DNA of 41,821 nt from a virus. This document shows, piece by piece, positions 9,371 through 17,411 of the stretch (position 1 is its first letter; each line of letters begins with the position of its first letter). Location of the stretch: positions 1 to 41,821 of IMG/VR virus record IMGVR_UViG_3300045988_157277, one strand, 5' to 3'. Under the pieces are notes generated by a model. That model was not told the DNA's origin and did no database searches. It saw only the letters and a list, made by a program, of their open reading frames with translations. A program made the position numbers and the translations under genes.

Positions 9371-9605
9371 TGAATTAGGTCGTTTATGTATTCCAAAAGC
9401 AATGAGAAATGAATTAGGAATAAATGATAATGATCTAGTTAATATTGAATGTAAAGATAATAAAATAATAATATCAAATGCTAAAGAAATTCGCTCTAGA
9501 GAAGAAATAAAGAACTTTCTAGAAAGATTAAAAGCAAATGATGATGATTTATCAAAAGGAATGAAAACAGCTCTAGAATGGTGCTTAAAAGAGGATACAA
9601 AATAG
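9354..9605 (+). CDS. AbrB/MazE/SpoVT-family DNA-binding protein (83 aa)
   Basis: N-terminus 'IDELGRLCIPKAMRNELGINDNDLVNIE' matches the swapped-hairpin AbrB/MazE N-domain (compare AbrB 'VDELGRVVIPIELRRTLGI'). Confidence 0.65.
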   Translation: MNKRIDELGRLCIPKAMRNELGINDNDLVNIECKDNKIIISNAKEIRSREEIKNFLERLKANDDDLSKGMKTALEWCLKEDTK

Positions 9606-9617
9606 TATTCTTTTTTT

Positions 9618-9653
9618 GTTTCAAATAGAAACATATCATTTTACTTTTGAAAC
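9618..9653. promoter_or_regulatory. Operator copy 1: GTTTCAAATAGAAACAT-N12-TTGAAAC
   Basis: Inverted heptamers GTTTCAA/TTGAAAC with 22-nt spacing. Same architecture at 12354 and 13087. Confidence 0.55.
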
Positions 9654-9717
9654 ATTATATTGTATAATAATATATGTAAGGTAGTTAATACAAATAAACA
9701 ACAAAGGGGAAAACAAA

Positions 9718-9927
9718 ATGAAAAACATCTATCGTAAATTAACAAAAGAACAAAATGAAAGAGGAGTTATTTTCAGTAGTGTATTAGCAAATGATCTAAA
9801 TCAATATGATGAAGATATGGTACATGAAGTATTTGAAGATACTTATAAAAAAGAATTGGTAATTGAAAGATTATCAAATGCAGATTTCTTTAGTGAAGCA
9901 TACAAATATAACATTATTAGAAAATAA
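9718..9927 (+). CDS. Hypothetical small protein (69 aa)
   Basis: RBS AAAGGGGAAAACAAAATG. Followed by a hairpin terminator. Confidence 0.45.
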   Translation: MKNIYRKLTKEQNERGVIFSSVLANDLNQYDEDMVHEVFEDTYKKELVIERLSNADFFSEAYKYNIIRK

Positions 9928-9933
9928 AATAAT

Positions 9934-9960
9934 GGGAGAATTTTTTCTCCCTTTATGTTT
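9934..9960 (+). terminator. Rho-independent terminator
   Basis: GGGAGAA-tttt-TTCTCCC followed by TTTATGTTT. Confidence 0.5.
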
Positions 9961-9992
9961 CAAATAGTAAAATATAAAAGGGGTAATGAATA

Positions 9993-10148
9993 ATGAAAGT
10001 TTTTAGCAAAGAGAAGTTTATTGAAATAGAAGGTTATGAAGTTTATCAGAAATGTAAAGATTGGGTAGATGTTATAGATGGTAAAAGAGTGGAAAAAGGT
10101 GAAGTTGATGGTTGGTTATCAGATAAAGCTTGGGAGGTTGAAAAATGA
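9993..10148 (+). CDS. Small ORF (51 aa), plus strand, not in the track
   Basis: RBS AAAGGGG. Preceded by the operator-like motif GTTTCAAATAGTAAAAT at 9957-9973. Favoured over the minus-strand ORF 10072..10317. Confidence 0.4.
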   Translation: MKVFSKEKFIEIEGYEVYQKCKDWVDVIDGKRVEKGEVDGWLSDKAWEVEK

Positions 10149-10311
10149 TAGCATTAGCAAAAGAACTACAAGAAGCATTTGATAAATATAATTGGTATGC
10201 ATGTGAAGATGACCAAGTAGGCTGGTATGAGATGTTAGATGAAATACAAGATCCTAGTGATGAAAAGGAAATAAGAGAAGTCATTAAAAACTTAAAAGCA
10301 GCTACAATATG
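10144..10311 (+). CDS. Small acidic ORF (55 aa), ATGA-coupled to the previous ORF
   Basis: Start overlaps the upstream stop. Ends just before the bidirectional terminator. Confidence 0.4.
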
Positions 10312-10315
10312 AAGC

Positions 10316-10348
10316 ATTAAAAAAGAACCTTAAGAGGTTCTTTTTTTT
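10316..10348. terminator. Bidirectional rho-independent terminator
   Basis: AAAAAAG-AGAACCT-taag-AGGTTCT-TTTTTTTT. Confidence 0.7.
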
Positions 10349-10419
10349 GTTGGTATTAAAACATATAATACTATGGTTCTGTACTATAAGTTCCATAGAA
10401 CTACAAGCAGTTACACCAA
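10348..10419. other. Candidate attP: ~72-bp imperfect dyad-symmetric region between two terminators, adjacent to the serine integrase 3' end
   Basis: Nested inverted repeats GTTGGT...ACCAAC and CTATGG...CCATAG share one centre at 10383/10384. Confidence 0.35.
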
Positions 10420-10420
10420 C

Positions 10421-10450
10421 AATAAAAACCCTTGAAAAACAAGGGTTTTA
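10421..10450 (-). terminator. Terminator of the integrase gene
   Basis: CCCTTG-aaaaa-CAAGGG flanked by an A-run and a T-run, immediately 3' of the int stop. Confidence 0.65.
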
Positions 10451-10454
10451 ACAA

Positions 10455-12308
10455 CTACATATAAATAGTTAATTCCATATCATCAGAATCATTTCTTCGC
10501 CAGTTCATCCTTTTTGTTTTTTTATAGACAATTTTTTCAATAAATGATTTTAATAATTCGTTTTTATCTGATATACTTGCAAGTGTATTATATTGATTGA
10601 TGCAGTTTGCCAAAATGGGAACTGCTTTTTTATATTGTATTATAATCTCTTCTTCATCTTTGTTAGAAAGTTTATCTTTTTCTTTTGATAATTCATCAAT
10701 TTGTGATTCATAATAATTTTTATCTTCTAAATATTCTTCATAACTAAATTTTTCTTCGTTATAATCTCTACGAGCATTTCTTAAAGCAACTTTAAATTTG
10801 GTTAATTTATTTTCAATTTGTTTCAATCTTTTTTCATTGTTTGTTTTTTTCTTTTTTGCTTCTTGCTCATAATTATCAAGAAAGTATTTATAATCATTTA
10901 ATGTTTGCTCTAATTTGTTTAATATAGCCGCTTCAACTTTATCTAATGTACTTGATACATTTTTACAATTTAGATCAGGACATTGCAGCATATCTTTTCT
11001 TGGTTCAGGTTCTTTATATGTTGTTATTACTTTATCAAACTTATTATCTTTAATATTTAAAAGTGTTTTTAATTCAGGCCATTTTTGAGTAAAAACATCA
11101 GAATAAATTATTTTTTCTTCTTTTTTTCTAAACCATCCAGCAACTAATGCTTTTGTAATATTTAATTCATTTGCAATATCTTGAAGTGATAAATTTGTTT
11201 GATTTTTATGTTCTGTTAAATATTGTGATAATTCAAGTTTATTAATTTCGTAAACTCTTACTTTTTTTCTTTCGTGTTTTCTAGTACATGGATTTCTTAC
11301 AAGTGATCTACCACAATAATGACAAAATACTACACCAGCTAAAGGATTTTTTAATTCTCTATTTAATCCAGTTCTTGAATTAGGATTATTCTTTATTTTT
11401 GCTTGTGCTAGTTCATACATCTCTTTAGAAATTAATGGCTCATGTAATCCTTTAACAATTAAATAATTTTCTTGCCTAGGTCGTGTTTTAACAATTCTTT
11501 CACCATCAATTAACTTTTTTAAGACTTTTCTTTTTTCATTTACTAAAACACCATAATAAGTTTCATTTTCAAGTATGTTGTTTACCATACCATAATTCCA
11601 TGGAGTTTTAGTTCTTGATTCACATCCTTGTTGATTTAAGTAATTTGCTAATTCATGGCTGCTCATACTTTCAACAAATAATTCAAACATCATTTTAACA
11701 ATTGGTGCTTCTACTGGATGTGGAACTAATTTAAAACCTTTATCAAGTTTTTCCCTATCATATCCAAAAGGAGCGGTTGAATAAATGTATTTGCCTTCTT
11801 CTAAACTTATCTTCTTACCTCTTTTTAAAATGGTTTTAGTGTATTCAAGGTATTCATTACCTTGAGTTAATTCCATTTCAAATATTTTTCGGTCAAATTT
11901 ATTATTTAAATCGTAAGTTTTAGATAAAGTTATGCATAGTGTCTCACTATATCTAAATACATTTACTACACGCCCACAATCCTCCATATCTCCCCTAGAT
12001 AGCCTTTGAGGTTCTACAACTAATACTGCTTTAATATCATCATCAGCTAATTTATTAAATACTTTCTTAATTTCAATTCGATCATCAATTGTTTCACCAG
12101 ATACAACTTCACGAAAAATATTTTCTTCTGGTATTCTTTCACCAAAATTTCTTATTGCATAATCTTGCAGCATCTTTTCATGTCTTGCTAAAACAACTTG
12201 TAGATCCTCTTTTTCTTCATTTCTTGATTTCCTTAAATAAATTATTATTTGATGTACTTTAATAGTTGATAAAACATTAAAAAGTTGTTCTATGTTACCG
12301 ATTTCCAT
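10455..12308 (-). CDS. int: Large serine recombinase (phage integrase, 617 aa)
   Basis: N-terminal resolvase catalytic domain with 'IIIYLRKSRNEE' (the nucleophilic Ser context). A recombinase domain, a Cys-containing zinc ribbon (CHYCGR...C) and a C-terminal coiled coil typical of large serine integrases. Confidence 0.85.
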   Translation of the reverse strand: MEIGNIEQLFNVLSTIKVHQIIIYLRKSRNEEKEDLQVVLARHEKMLQDYAIRNFGERIPEENIFREVVSGETIDDRIEIKKVFNKLADDDIKAVLVVEPQRLSRGDMEDCGRVVNVFRYSETLCITLSKTYDLNNKFDRKIFEMELTQGNEYLEYTKTILKRGKKISLEEGKYIYSTAPFGYDREKLDKGFKLVPHPVEAPIVKMMFELFVESMSSHELANYLNQQGCESRTKTPWNYGMVNNILENETYYGVLVNEKRKVLKKLIDGERIVKTRPRQENYLIVKGLHEPLISKEMYELAQAKIKNNPNSRTGLNRELKNPLAGVVFCHYCGRSLVRNPCTRKHERKKVRVYEINKLELSQYLTEHKNQTNLSLQDIANELNITKALVAGWFRKKEEKIIYSDVFTQKWPELKTLLNIKDNKFDKVITTYKEPEPRKDMLQCPDLNCKNVSSTLDKVEAAILNKLEQTLNDYKYFLDNYEQEAKKKKTNNEKRLKQIENKLTKFKVALRNARRDYNEEKFSYEEYLEDKNYYESQIDELSKEKDKLSNKDEEEIIIQYKKAVPILANCINQYNTLASISDKNELLKSFIEKIVYKKTKRMNWRRNDSDDMELTIYM

Positions 12309-12353
12309 AATTTTTCTATTCCCCTTGATGAAATTATTTGATTAAATAAAATT

Positions 12354-12389
12354 GTTTCAAATAGTAAAATTAGTTCGTATGATTGAAAC
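12354..12389. promoter_or_regulatory. Operator copy 2: GTTTCAAATAGTAAAAT-N12-TTGAAAC
   Basis: Same 36-bp architecture and spacing as 9618 and 13087. Lies between the int start and the 12440 ORF. Confidence 0.55.
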
Positions 12390-12439
12390 AAAAGCATTGT
12401 TTTTATATAACTACATATATTGTTTTGAGGTGATTTTTA

Positions 12440-12594
12440 TGAAAGTAAAAGTTATTATGCAACCACCAACAAAAGAAAAATTAAAAATCATTTATGATGT
12501 ATGCAACAAAATTTTTCGTGATAATGAAGATGTATTTTACACAAAAGAACAAGTTAAAGAACTAAAAAAAGATACGTCAAATATCTTTTTGTAA
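12440..12594 (+). CDS. Small ORF (51 aa) convergent with and overlapping the cI 3' end
   Basis: RBS GAGGTGA 8 nt upstream of the ATG at 12440 (the track ORF starts earlier, at 12352). Confidence 0.35.
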
Positions 12595-12942
12595 ATCATC
12601 TTTAGCCTTTAAAAACATTCTAAATATTTGTTCTTGAAGTTCATATTTTTCTTCAAGAGGTATAGAATTATTTTCAAAAATCATTCTAGCTCTTTCCAAC
12701 AATTCGATTGTTTCAATTTCTTCGCTAACAACTCCAAGTGTAGCAAGACTAACACCAAAATAATCTGCTATTTTTTTGATTTGTTGGATGTTTAAATTAC
12801 GTTTACCGTTTTCTAAATTGCTCCATTGTGAACGTGAAACACCAATTATTTCAGAAGCCTGTAATTGATCCATACCTCTTGCTTTTCTTAATTCTTTAAT
12901 TCGTTTACCTATATCCTTTGTATCTAAAGGCTTGTTATTCAT
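12577..12942 (-). CDS. cI: XRE-family HTH repressor (CI-like, 121 aa)
   Basis: 'IGKRIKELRKARGMDQLQASEIIGVSRSQWSNLENGKRNLNIQQIKKIADYFGVSL' is a canonical Cro/C1-type HTH. Divergent from a cro-like gene. Confidence 0.8.
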   Translation of the reverse strand: MNNKPLDTKDIGKRIKELRKARGMDQLQASEIIGVSRSQWSNLENGKRNLNIQQIKKIADYFGVSLATLGVVSEEIETIELLERARMIFENNSIPLEEKYELQEQIFRMFLKAKDDLQKDI

Positions 12943-13034
12943 TTATACAACTCCTTTTGTTTTTTTATACAATAGTAATTTTATCTTATATTATTCAAAA
13001 AGTAAAATAATATGTTTATTATGTAAAATATGAG

Positions 13035-13062
13035 TTGACTTTTTAAATTATTCTAGTATAAT
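13035..13062 (+). promoter_or_regulatory. Sigma-A-type promoter for the cro-direction early transcript
   Basis: TTGACT, 16 nt, TATAAT. The operator copy lies downstream in the leader. Confidence 0.5.
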
Positions 13063-13086
13063 TTTAATTGAGAATAGTTTTATGAT

Positions 13087-13122
13087 TATTCAAATAGTAA
13101 AATATGAAGATATTGTTGAAAC
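13087..13122. promoter_or_regulatory. Operator copy 3: (A)TTCAAATAGTAAAAT-N12-TTGAAAC in the cro leader
   Basis: Identical spacing to copies 1 and 2. Confidence 0.55.
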
Positions 13123-13134
13123 GGAGGTGATTAA

Positions 13135-13335
13135 ATGAAAAGATTGAATCTATTGTTATTTAGAAAGAAAAAAGGATTAAATCAAAAACAGATGGCCGAC
13201 AAATTAGAAATTACAAGGCAACATTACAATAGATTAGAAAATGGTATTGGTCAGCCATCAATACAACTATTAGAAAAATTTGCAATTGAATTTTCTGAAA
13301 TTGATGATATGTGGGAACTTTGGAAAAAAAGTTAG
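13135..13335 (+). CDS. cro: Cro-like XRE HTH protein (66 aa)
   Basis: 'GLNQKQMADKLEITRQHYNRLENG' HTH. RBS GGAGGTGA. Divergent from cI. Confidence 0.75.
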   Translation: MKRLNLLLFRKKKGLNQKQMADKLEITRQHYNRLENGIGQPSIQLLEKFAIEFSEIDDMWELWKKS

Positions 13336-13411
13336 TCAATTTTGTGAAATACTTAACAAGGGAACGTATGTACTGTATATTTTACTTATCAAATTGAAAT
13401 GAGGTAATTCG

Positions 13412-13612
13412 ATGAAATCTGATAATATTGTAGCAGTAATTGAAAAGCTTGGAGAAATCATTATACATAACAAAAATGACATTTCATATTTAGAATATGA
13501 AAATGAAAAATTAAGAGAAGAAATTGCAAAAATTGAAGAAAAAATTAGTTATTACATAGAACAATTAGAACAAAATGTTACGGATAGTGATTATAAAGAA
13601 AATATTAAATAA
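13412..13612 (+). CDS. Small coiled-coil protein (66 aa)
   Basis: RBS GAGG. Heptad-rich sequence. Confidence 0.4.
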   Translation: MKSDNIVAVIEKLGEIIIHNKNDISYLEYENEKLREEIAKIEEKISYYIEQLEQNVTDSDYKENIK

Positions 13613-13719
13613 TACATATAATGTTTCAGATAGTAAACAAAATAAAATTTATTGAAAAATTATGTTTTTCTTAAAAAAATAAAAATTGCTGAAAAACATA
13701 AAATAAAGGAGGTGAATAG

Positions 13720-13953
13720 ATGAAAGAATTTGATAAATATGATTTAAAAATGATAACAATAAATAAGATGATGAAAGAACCTAAAAAATTATTAAATGGA
13801 TTATTCAGTATTGGATTTGATTTTTCAAAAGGTAAAGATCATTGTTGTTTAATAGTTGCTCAACCAAGAGGAAATTCAGAAGTAATGATTATCAATGAAT
13901 TTTATGATGAAGAAGCAGATGAAATGTTCAAAAAATTAGTTGGAAAATCATAA
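13720..13953 (+). CDS. Hypothetical protein (77 aa)
   Basis: RBS AAGGAGGTGAATAGATG, the shared junction motif. Confidence 0.45.
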   Translation: MKEFDKYDLKMITINKMMKEPKKLLNGLFSIGFDFSKGKDHCCLIVAQPRGNSEVMIINEFYDEEADEMFKKLVGKS

Positions 13954-14017
13954 AAAGTATTTTACATAAAAAATAAGACTTAAAGCCTTATAGAATAAGG
14001 GAAAAATCAATATTGAT

Positions 14018-14058
14018 ATGGTGCAATATAATATAAAGGTTATGTTGCATTAAATATA
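14018..14058. promoter_or_regulatory. 40-bp palindrome-containing element, copy A (TGGTGCAATATAAtATAaaGGTTATGTTGCATTaAATATA)
   Basis: 36 of 40 nt identical to 19088-19128. Internal dyad TGCAATATAA/TTATGTTGCA. Sits ~20 nt before the RBS of the first gene of an early operon. Confidence 0.5.
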
Positions 14059-14078
14059 TAGAGAAAAGAGGTGAAAAA

Positions 14079-14399
14079 ATGGAATTGTGGATAAAAAATC
14101 AAGATAAAACAATATTACAAAAAGTTGATAATTTACTTATAAGTAATGGAATAAATGAAAAAAAAACATTTAATATTTATACAAATAATATTAATTTTCA
14201 AAACGTTTTAGGTGAATATAAAACAAAAGAAAGAGCATTAGAAGTATTAGATGAAATACAAAATTATATTATAGATAAAAATGTTATTTATAATTGTAAT
14301 TCTATATTAACTTTAGTAAATAATAAAAGTTTAAATGATGCTGCAGAAATTTTAGAAAGAGTAGAAAAAACATCAGTTTATGAAATGCCAAAGGAATAG
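14079..14399 (+). CDS. Hypothetical protein (106 aa)
   Basis: RBS AAAGAGGTGAAAAAATG. Confidence 0.5.
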   Translation: MELWIKNQDKTILQKVDNLLISNGINEKKTFNIYTNNINFQNVLGEYKTKERALEVLDEIQNYIIDKNVIYNCNSILTLVNNKSLNDAAEILERVEKTSVYEMPKE

Positions 14400-14407
14400 G
14401 AGGAAAT

Positions 14408-15016
14408 ATGAAAATTGAAGATATAAAAAATTTACTTGATGAAATAGGACTTGATGAAGATGGTTATGGATATATAGATTGTACGACTGCTACTGAATAT
14501 ACAGATAATAATCAATATGAAAGAATAGTTGCAGCTATAAAACAAAATATAGTATTGCAACAAGAAAATACAGCATTAACAAAAAAAATAGAAGAAGTTG
14601 AAAAGCAAGGTATGGAATCGTTAATACAAGTTGAGAAATTAGCAAAAGAAAAAGATGATATAAAACAACAATTTCTAGTGTTTATGAGTGAGTTATGTGA
14701 TTATTTTTCAAAAACAAAAGATATGGAATTTCCAATAAGAATAGGTGATTATAAATTTGAAGTATTAGGTAATGATTTGTTGGTTTATAATTATGATCCG
14801 ATACAAAAACCTGAACCAATTGAATTAAAAATTAAAATAACTGAAAATTTAGACAAAGTAGAGTGTCCACTTTGCGGTAATCCGTTAGGAAAATATCCAG
14901 CAATATCAAGAAAAGATAATAAAACTAAAATTTGTAGTAATTGTGGAACATTAGAAGCATTAGCAGCATTTAAAGAATCACTAAAGGATGATAAAACAAA
15001 TGAAGAAAACATTTAA
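14408..15016 (+). CDS. Hypothetical protein with a C-terminal zinc ribbon (202 aa)
   Basis: RBS AGGAGGAAAT. C-terminal 'CPLCGN...CSNCG'. Confidence 0.5.
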   Translation: MKIEDIKNLLDEIGLDEDGYGYIDCTTATEYTDNNQYERIVAAIKQNIVLQQENTALTKKIEEVEKQGMESLIQVEKLAKEKDDIKQQFLVFMSELCDYFSKTKDMEFPIRIGDYKFEVLGNDLLVYNYDPIQKPEPIELKIKITENLDKVECPLCGNPLGKYPAISRKDNKTKICSNCGTLEALAAFKESLKDDKTNEENI

Positions 15017-15161
15017 GGATCAATGTGATGTATGCAAAAAAATGGATTATTGTAAAGGATATAAAGGATTAGTGCTATGCAATAAATGTATTAAAAAAGA
15101 AGTTTCTAAAGCACCAAAGATAATAGGTGATAAAAATGGACAAACAAGATTTAATTTCTAA
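15000..15161 (+). CDS. Small Cys-rich ORF (53 aa; CxxC...CxxC), not in the track
   Basis: 'DQCDVCKK...YCKG...LCNKCIKK'. Weak RBS. Overlaps both neighbouring genes. Confidence 0.2.
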   Translation: MKKTFKDQCDVCKKMDYCKGYKGLVLCNKCIKKEVSKAPKIIGDKNGQTRFNF

Positions 15162-15996
15162 ATTAGATGATTGGTTATTGGAACTTAAATATGATGAAAA
15201 GGCTGCTAATACATTAAAGCAATATAAAAATAATGTTATGAAGTTTATAGATTGGCTTCCTGATGATGATAAACCAATAACTAAAGTTACTACTATGGAT
15301 TATAAAGAATATTTAAGAACAATCACTCAAAGTCCTAAAAGTATGAATGTATGGATTGTATCATTAAATAAATATTTAAGATGGTTAGGCCATAACGATT
15401 TAACTATTAAAAAATATAAAATGCAAGAGCAAAGTAGTAATGAAGAATCATTAACTATAGCAGATTTCAAAAGATTATTAAGAATTGCAAATAGGATTGG
15501 TAATGAACAGCTTTATTACATAATTAAAGTATTAGGTATGACAGGCTGCAGAATTGGAGAATTGAAATATTTTACAGTTGAAAACCTAGAAAAAACACCT
15601 AGAAAAAATATTAAAGTTTATAACAAAGGAAAAGATAGAGAAATTGTTATAAGGCAAGATTTATCAAGAGAACTAAAACATTTTTATAAAAAAAGAGGAA
15701 TTGAAAGTGGTTTTATATTCTTATCAACTGATCCAAAATGTAAAGACAAAATGCCATGTGTATCAACTATATGGAGGCAAATGCAAAAAGTTGCTGGATT
15801 AGCAAGAATAAATAAAGAAAAAGTACATCCTCATAATTTCAGACATTTATTTGCTCAAGTATTTTTAGATACATATCCTGAAAATGTTTTAGATCTAGCG
15901 GATTTATTAGGCCATAACGATTTAAAAACAACTAGGATATATACTAAAACATCAGGTGAACAAAAGAGAATTAAATTAGAAAAGGTTAAATTTTAA
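15127..15996 (+). CDS. Tyrosine recombinase, XerC/XerD-like phage integrase family (289 aa)
   Basis: N-terminal SAM-like core-binding domain. C-terminal catalytic motifs '...MTGCRIGELKYF...', 'HPHNFRHLFA', 'LGHNDLKTTRIYTKT' (R...H-x-x-R...Y). Confidence 0.8.
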   Translation: MIKMDKQDLISKLDDWLLELKYDEKAANTLKQYKNNVMKFIDWLPDDDKPITKVTTMDYKEYLRTITQSPKSMNVWIVSLNKYLRWLGHNDLTIKKYKMQEQSSNEESLTIADFKRLLRIANRIGNEQLYYIIKVLGMTGCRIGELKYFTVENLEKTPRKNIKVYNKGKDREIVIRQDLSRELKHFYKKRGIESGFIFLSTDPKCKDKMPCVSTIWRQMQKVAGLARINKEKVHPHNFRHLFAQVFLDTYPENVLDLADLLGHNDLKTTRIYTKTSGEQKRIKLEKVKF

Positions 15997-16006
15997 AGGA
16001 GATTAT

Positions 16007-16552
16007 ATGAAAGATGAATTTATAGAATTATTAAAAATAACTAAAAGAAAAGGAATAAATAATTTAATACATTGGTTAGAAAATGAAACTGATTTTTTTA
16101 CTGCACCAGCAAGTACAAAATATCATTTATCAAAAGAATCAGGATTATTAGAACATAGTTTAAATGTATATGATGAATTAGTAAGTGAATATGGAATATC
16201 TGATAATATAAGTAGTTTGATAATAGTTGCCTTATTACATGATATATGTAAAGCAAATTATTATTCAATTAGTGAAAGAAATGTAAATAAAAATGGTAAA
16301 TGGATTAAAGAACCTTATTATACAGTAAACGATCAATTTCCATTAGGACATGGTGAAAAATCAGTAATATTAATTCAAAGATATATTGATTTAACTGATG
16401 AAGAAATAGCTGCTATTAGATGGCATATGGGAGCATATGAACCAAAAGAAAACTATTCTACATTAGGAAATGTATTTAATAAGTATCCGCTTGCTTTATA
16501 TCTACATATAGCGGATTTAAAAGCAACATACATAACAGAAAAAGAGGTATAG
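16007..16552 (+). CDS. HD-domain phosphohydrolase (181 aa)
   Basis: 'TKYHLSKESGLLEHSLNV' (H...H) and 'VALLHDICK' (the HD motif). Confidence 0.65.
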   Translation: MKDEFIELLKITKRKGINNLIHWLENETDFFTAPASTKYHLSKESGLLEHSLNVYDELVSEYGISDNISSLIIVALLHDICKANYYSISERNVNKNGKWIKEPYYTVNDQFPLGHGEKSVILIQRYIDLTDEEIAAIRWHMGAYEPKENYSTLGNVFNKYPLALYLHIADLKATYITEKEV

Positions 16553-16555
16553 ATA

Positions 16556-16792
16556 ATGAAAAATAATTTAAATGATGTAAATAATTATTTATTTGAAGAA
16601 TTAGAAAGATTAAATGATGATGAAACTTTAGAAAGTGAAGATAACTTTAAAAAGGAAATACAAAGAGCAAAAGCAGTATCATCAATATGTTCTACAATAG
16701 TATCAAATGCAAACTTAATATTAAATGCTAAAAAATATGCTGATGAATTAGGAATAAATGAAAAAGAAGTATTGCAGTTAAAGGAAAAATAG
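16556..16792 (+). CDS. Hypothetical protein (78 aa)
   Basis: Tightly packed, with RBS GAGG. Confidence 0.4.
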   Translation: MKNNLNDVNNYLFEELERLNDDETLESEDNFKKEIQRAKAVSSICSTIVSNANLILNAKKYADELGINEKEVLQLKEK

Positions 16793-16793
16793 T

Positions 16794-17411
16794 ATGCATA
16801 GATACAGTGAAGAACAAAAGAAATTTATTATTGATAATTATTATGGTAAATATTCCAAAGAATTAGCGGATATGTTTAATAAACAATTTAACACAAATAT
16901 AACCGCTAGAGAAATAAAGAGTTATAAAGAAAATCATAAATTAAATAGTGGTTTATCAGGCCAATTTCAAAAAGGACATGTATCTCATAATAAAGGTAAA
17001 AAGCAAATTGAATATATGAGTAAGGAAGCTATAGAAAGGACAAAAGCAACAAGATTTAAAAAAGGAAATATACCTTCTAATAAAGTTCCAGTTGGAACGG
17101 AACGAATTAAAAAAAATGGGTATATTGAAATCAAAATTAAAGATGGCAATCTTAATAAGAATTGGCAGCCAAAACATAGATATATATATGAAAATCATTA
17201 TGGATTAATTCCGAAAGGACATAAAGTGATATTTGCTGATGGAAACAATAGAAATTTTGATATAAATAATTTAATTTGTGTATCCAATAGTGAAGAATTA
17301 ATTATGAATAGATACAAATTAAAAACTAAAGATATTGAATTAACTAAAACGGGGTATTTAGTAGCGAAAGTTATTGATAAAACAAATAAGGTTAAAAATG
17401 AAAGACTATGA
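16794..17411 (+). CDS. HNH_3-like endonuclease homolog with an N-terminal HTH-like domain. The catalytic dyad appears degenerate.
   Basis: 'KHRYIYENHYGLIPKGHKVIFADGNNRNFDINNLICVS' aligns with the HNH_3 core, but the D-H/H-H position reads F-A. Confidence 0.5.
   Translation: MHRYSEEQKKFIIDNYYGKYSKELADMFNKQFNTNITAREIKSYKENHKLNSGLSGQFQKGHVSHNKGKKQIEYMSKEAIERTKATRFKKGNIPSNKVPVGTERIKKNGYIEIKIKDGNLNKNWQPKHRYIYENHYGLIPKGHKVIFADGNNRNFDINNLICVSNSEELIMNRYKLKTKDIELTKTGYLVAKVIDKTNKVKNERL

Noticed and set aside
233-9634. Short minus-strand ORFs antisense to plus-strand genes (233-457, 1332-1556, 1549-1791, 1792-2094, 5633-5881, 6438-6647, 7919-8122, 9314-9634)
   Set aside because: All lie antisense within well-supported plus-strand genes, lack an RBS, and are rich in the I/L/F codons typical of antisense AT-rich coding DNA.
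9354-9927. Type II toxin-antitoxin pair (an AbrB/MazE antitoxin with a downstream toxin)
   Set aside because: The downstream ORF is separated by a promoter/operator region and a terminator and shows no MazF/PemK-like features. See the finding above for the alternative reading.
10072-10317. An 81-aa minus-strand ORF from the track
   Set aside because: It has no RBS and sits antisense to two plus-strand small ORFs (9993-10148 and 10144-10311) that have an RBS and ATGA coupling and fit the local operon orientation. I judged it a likely frame artefact of AT-rich DNA.
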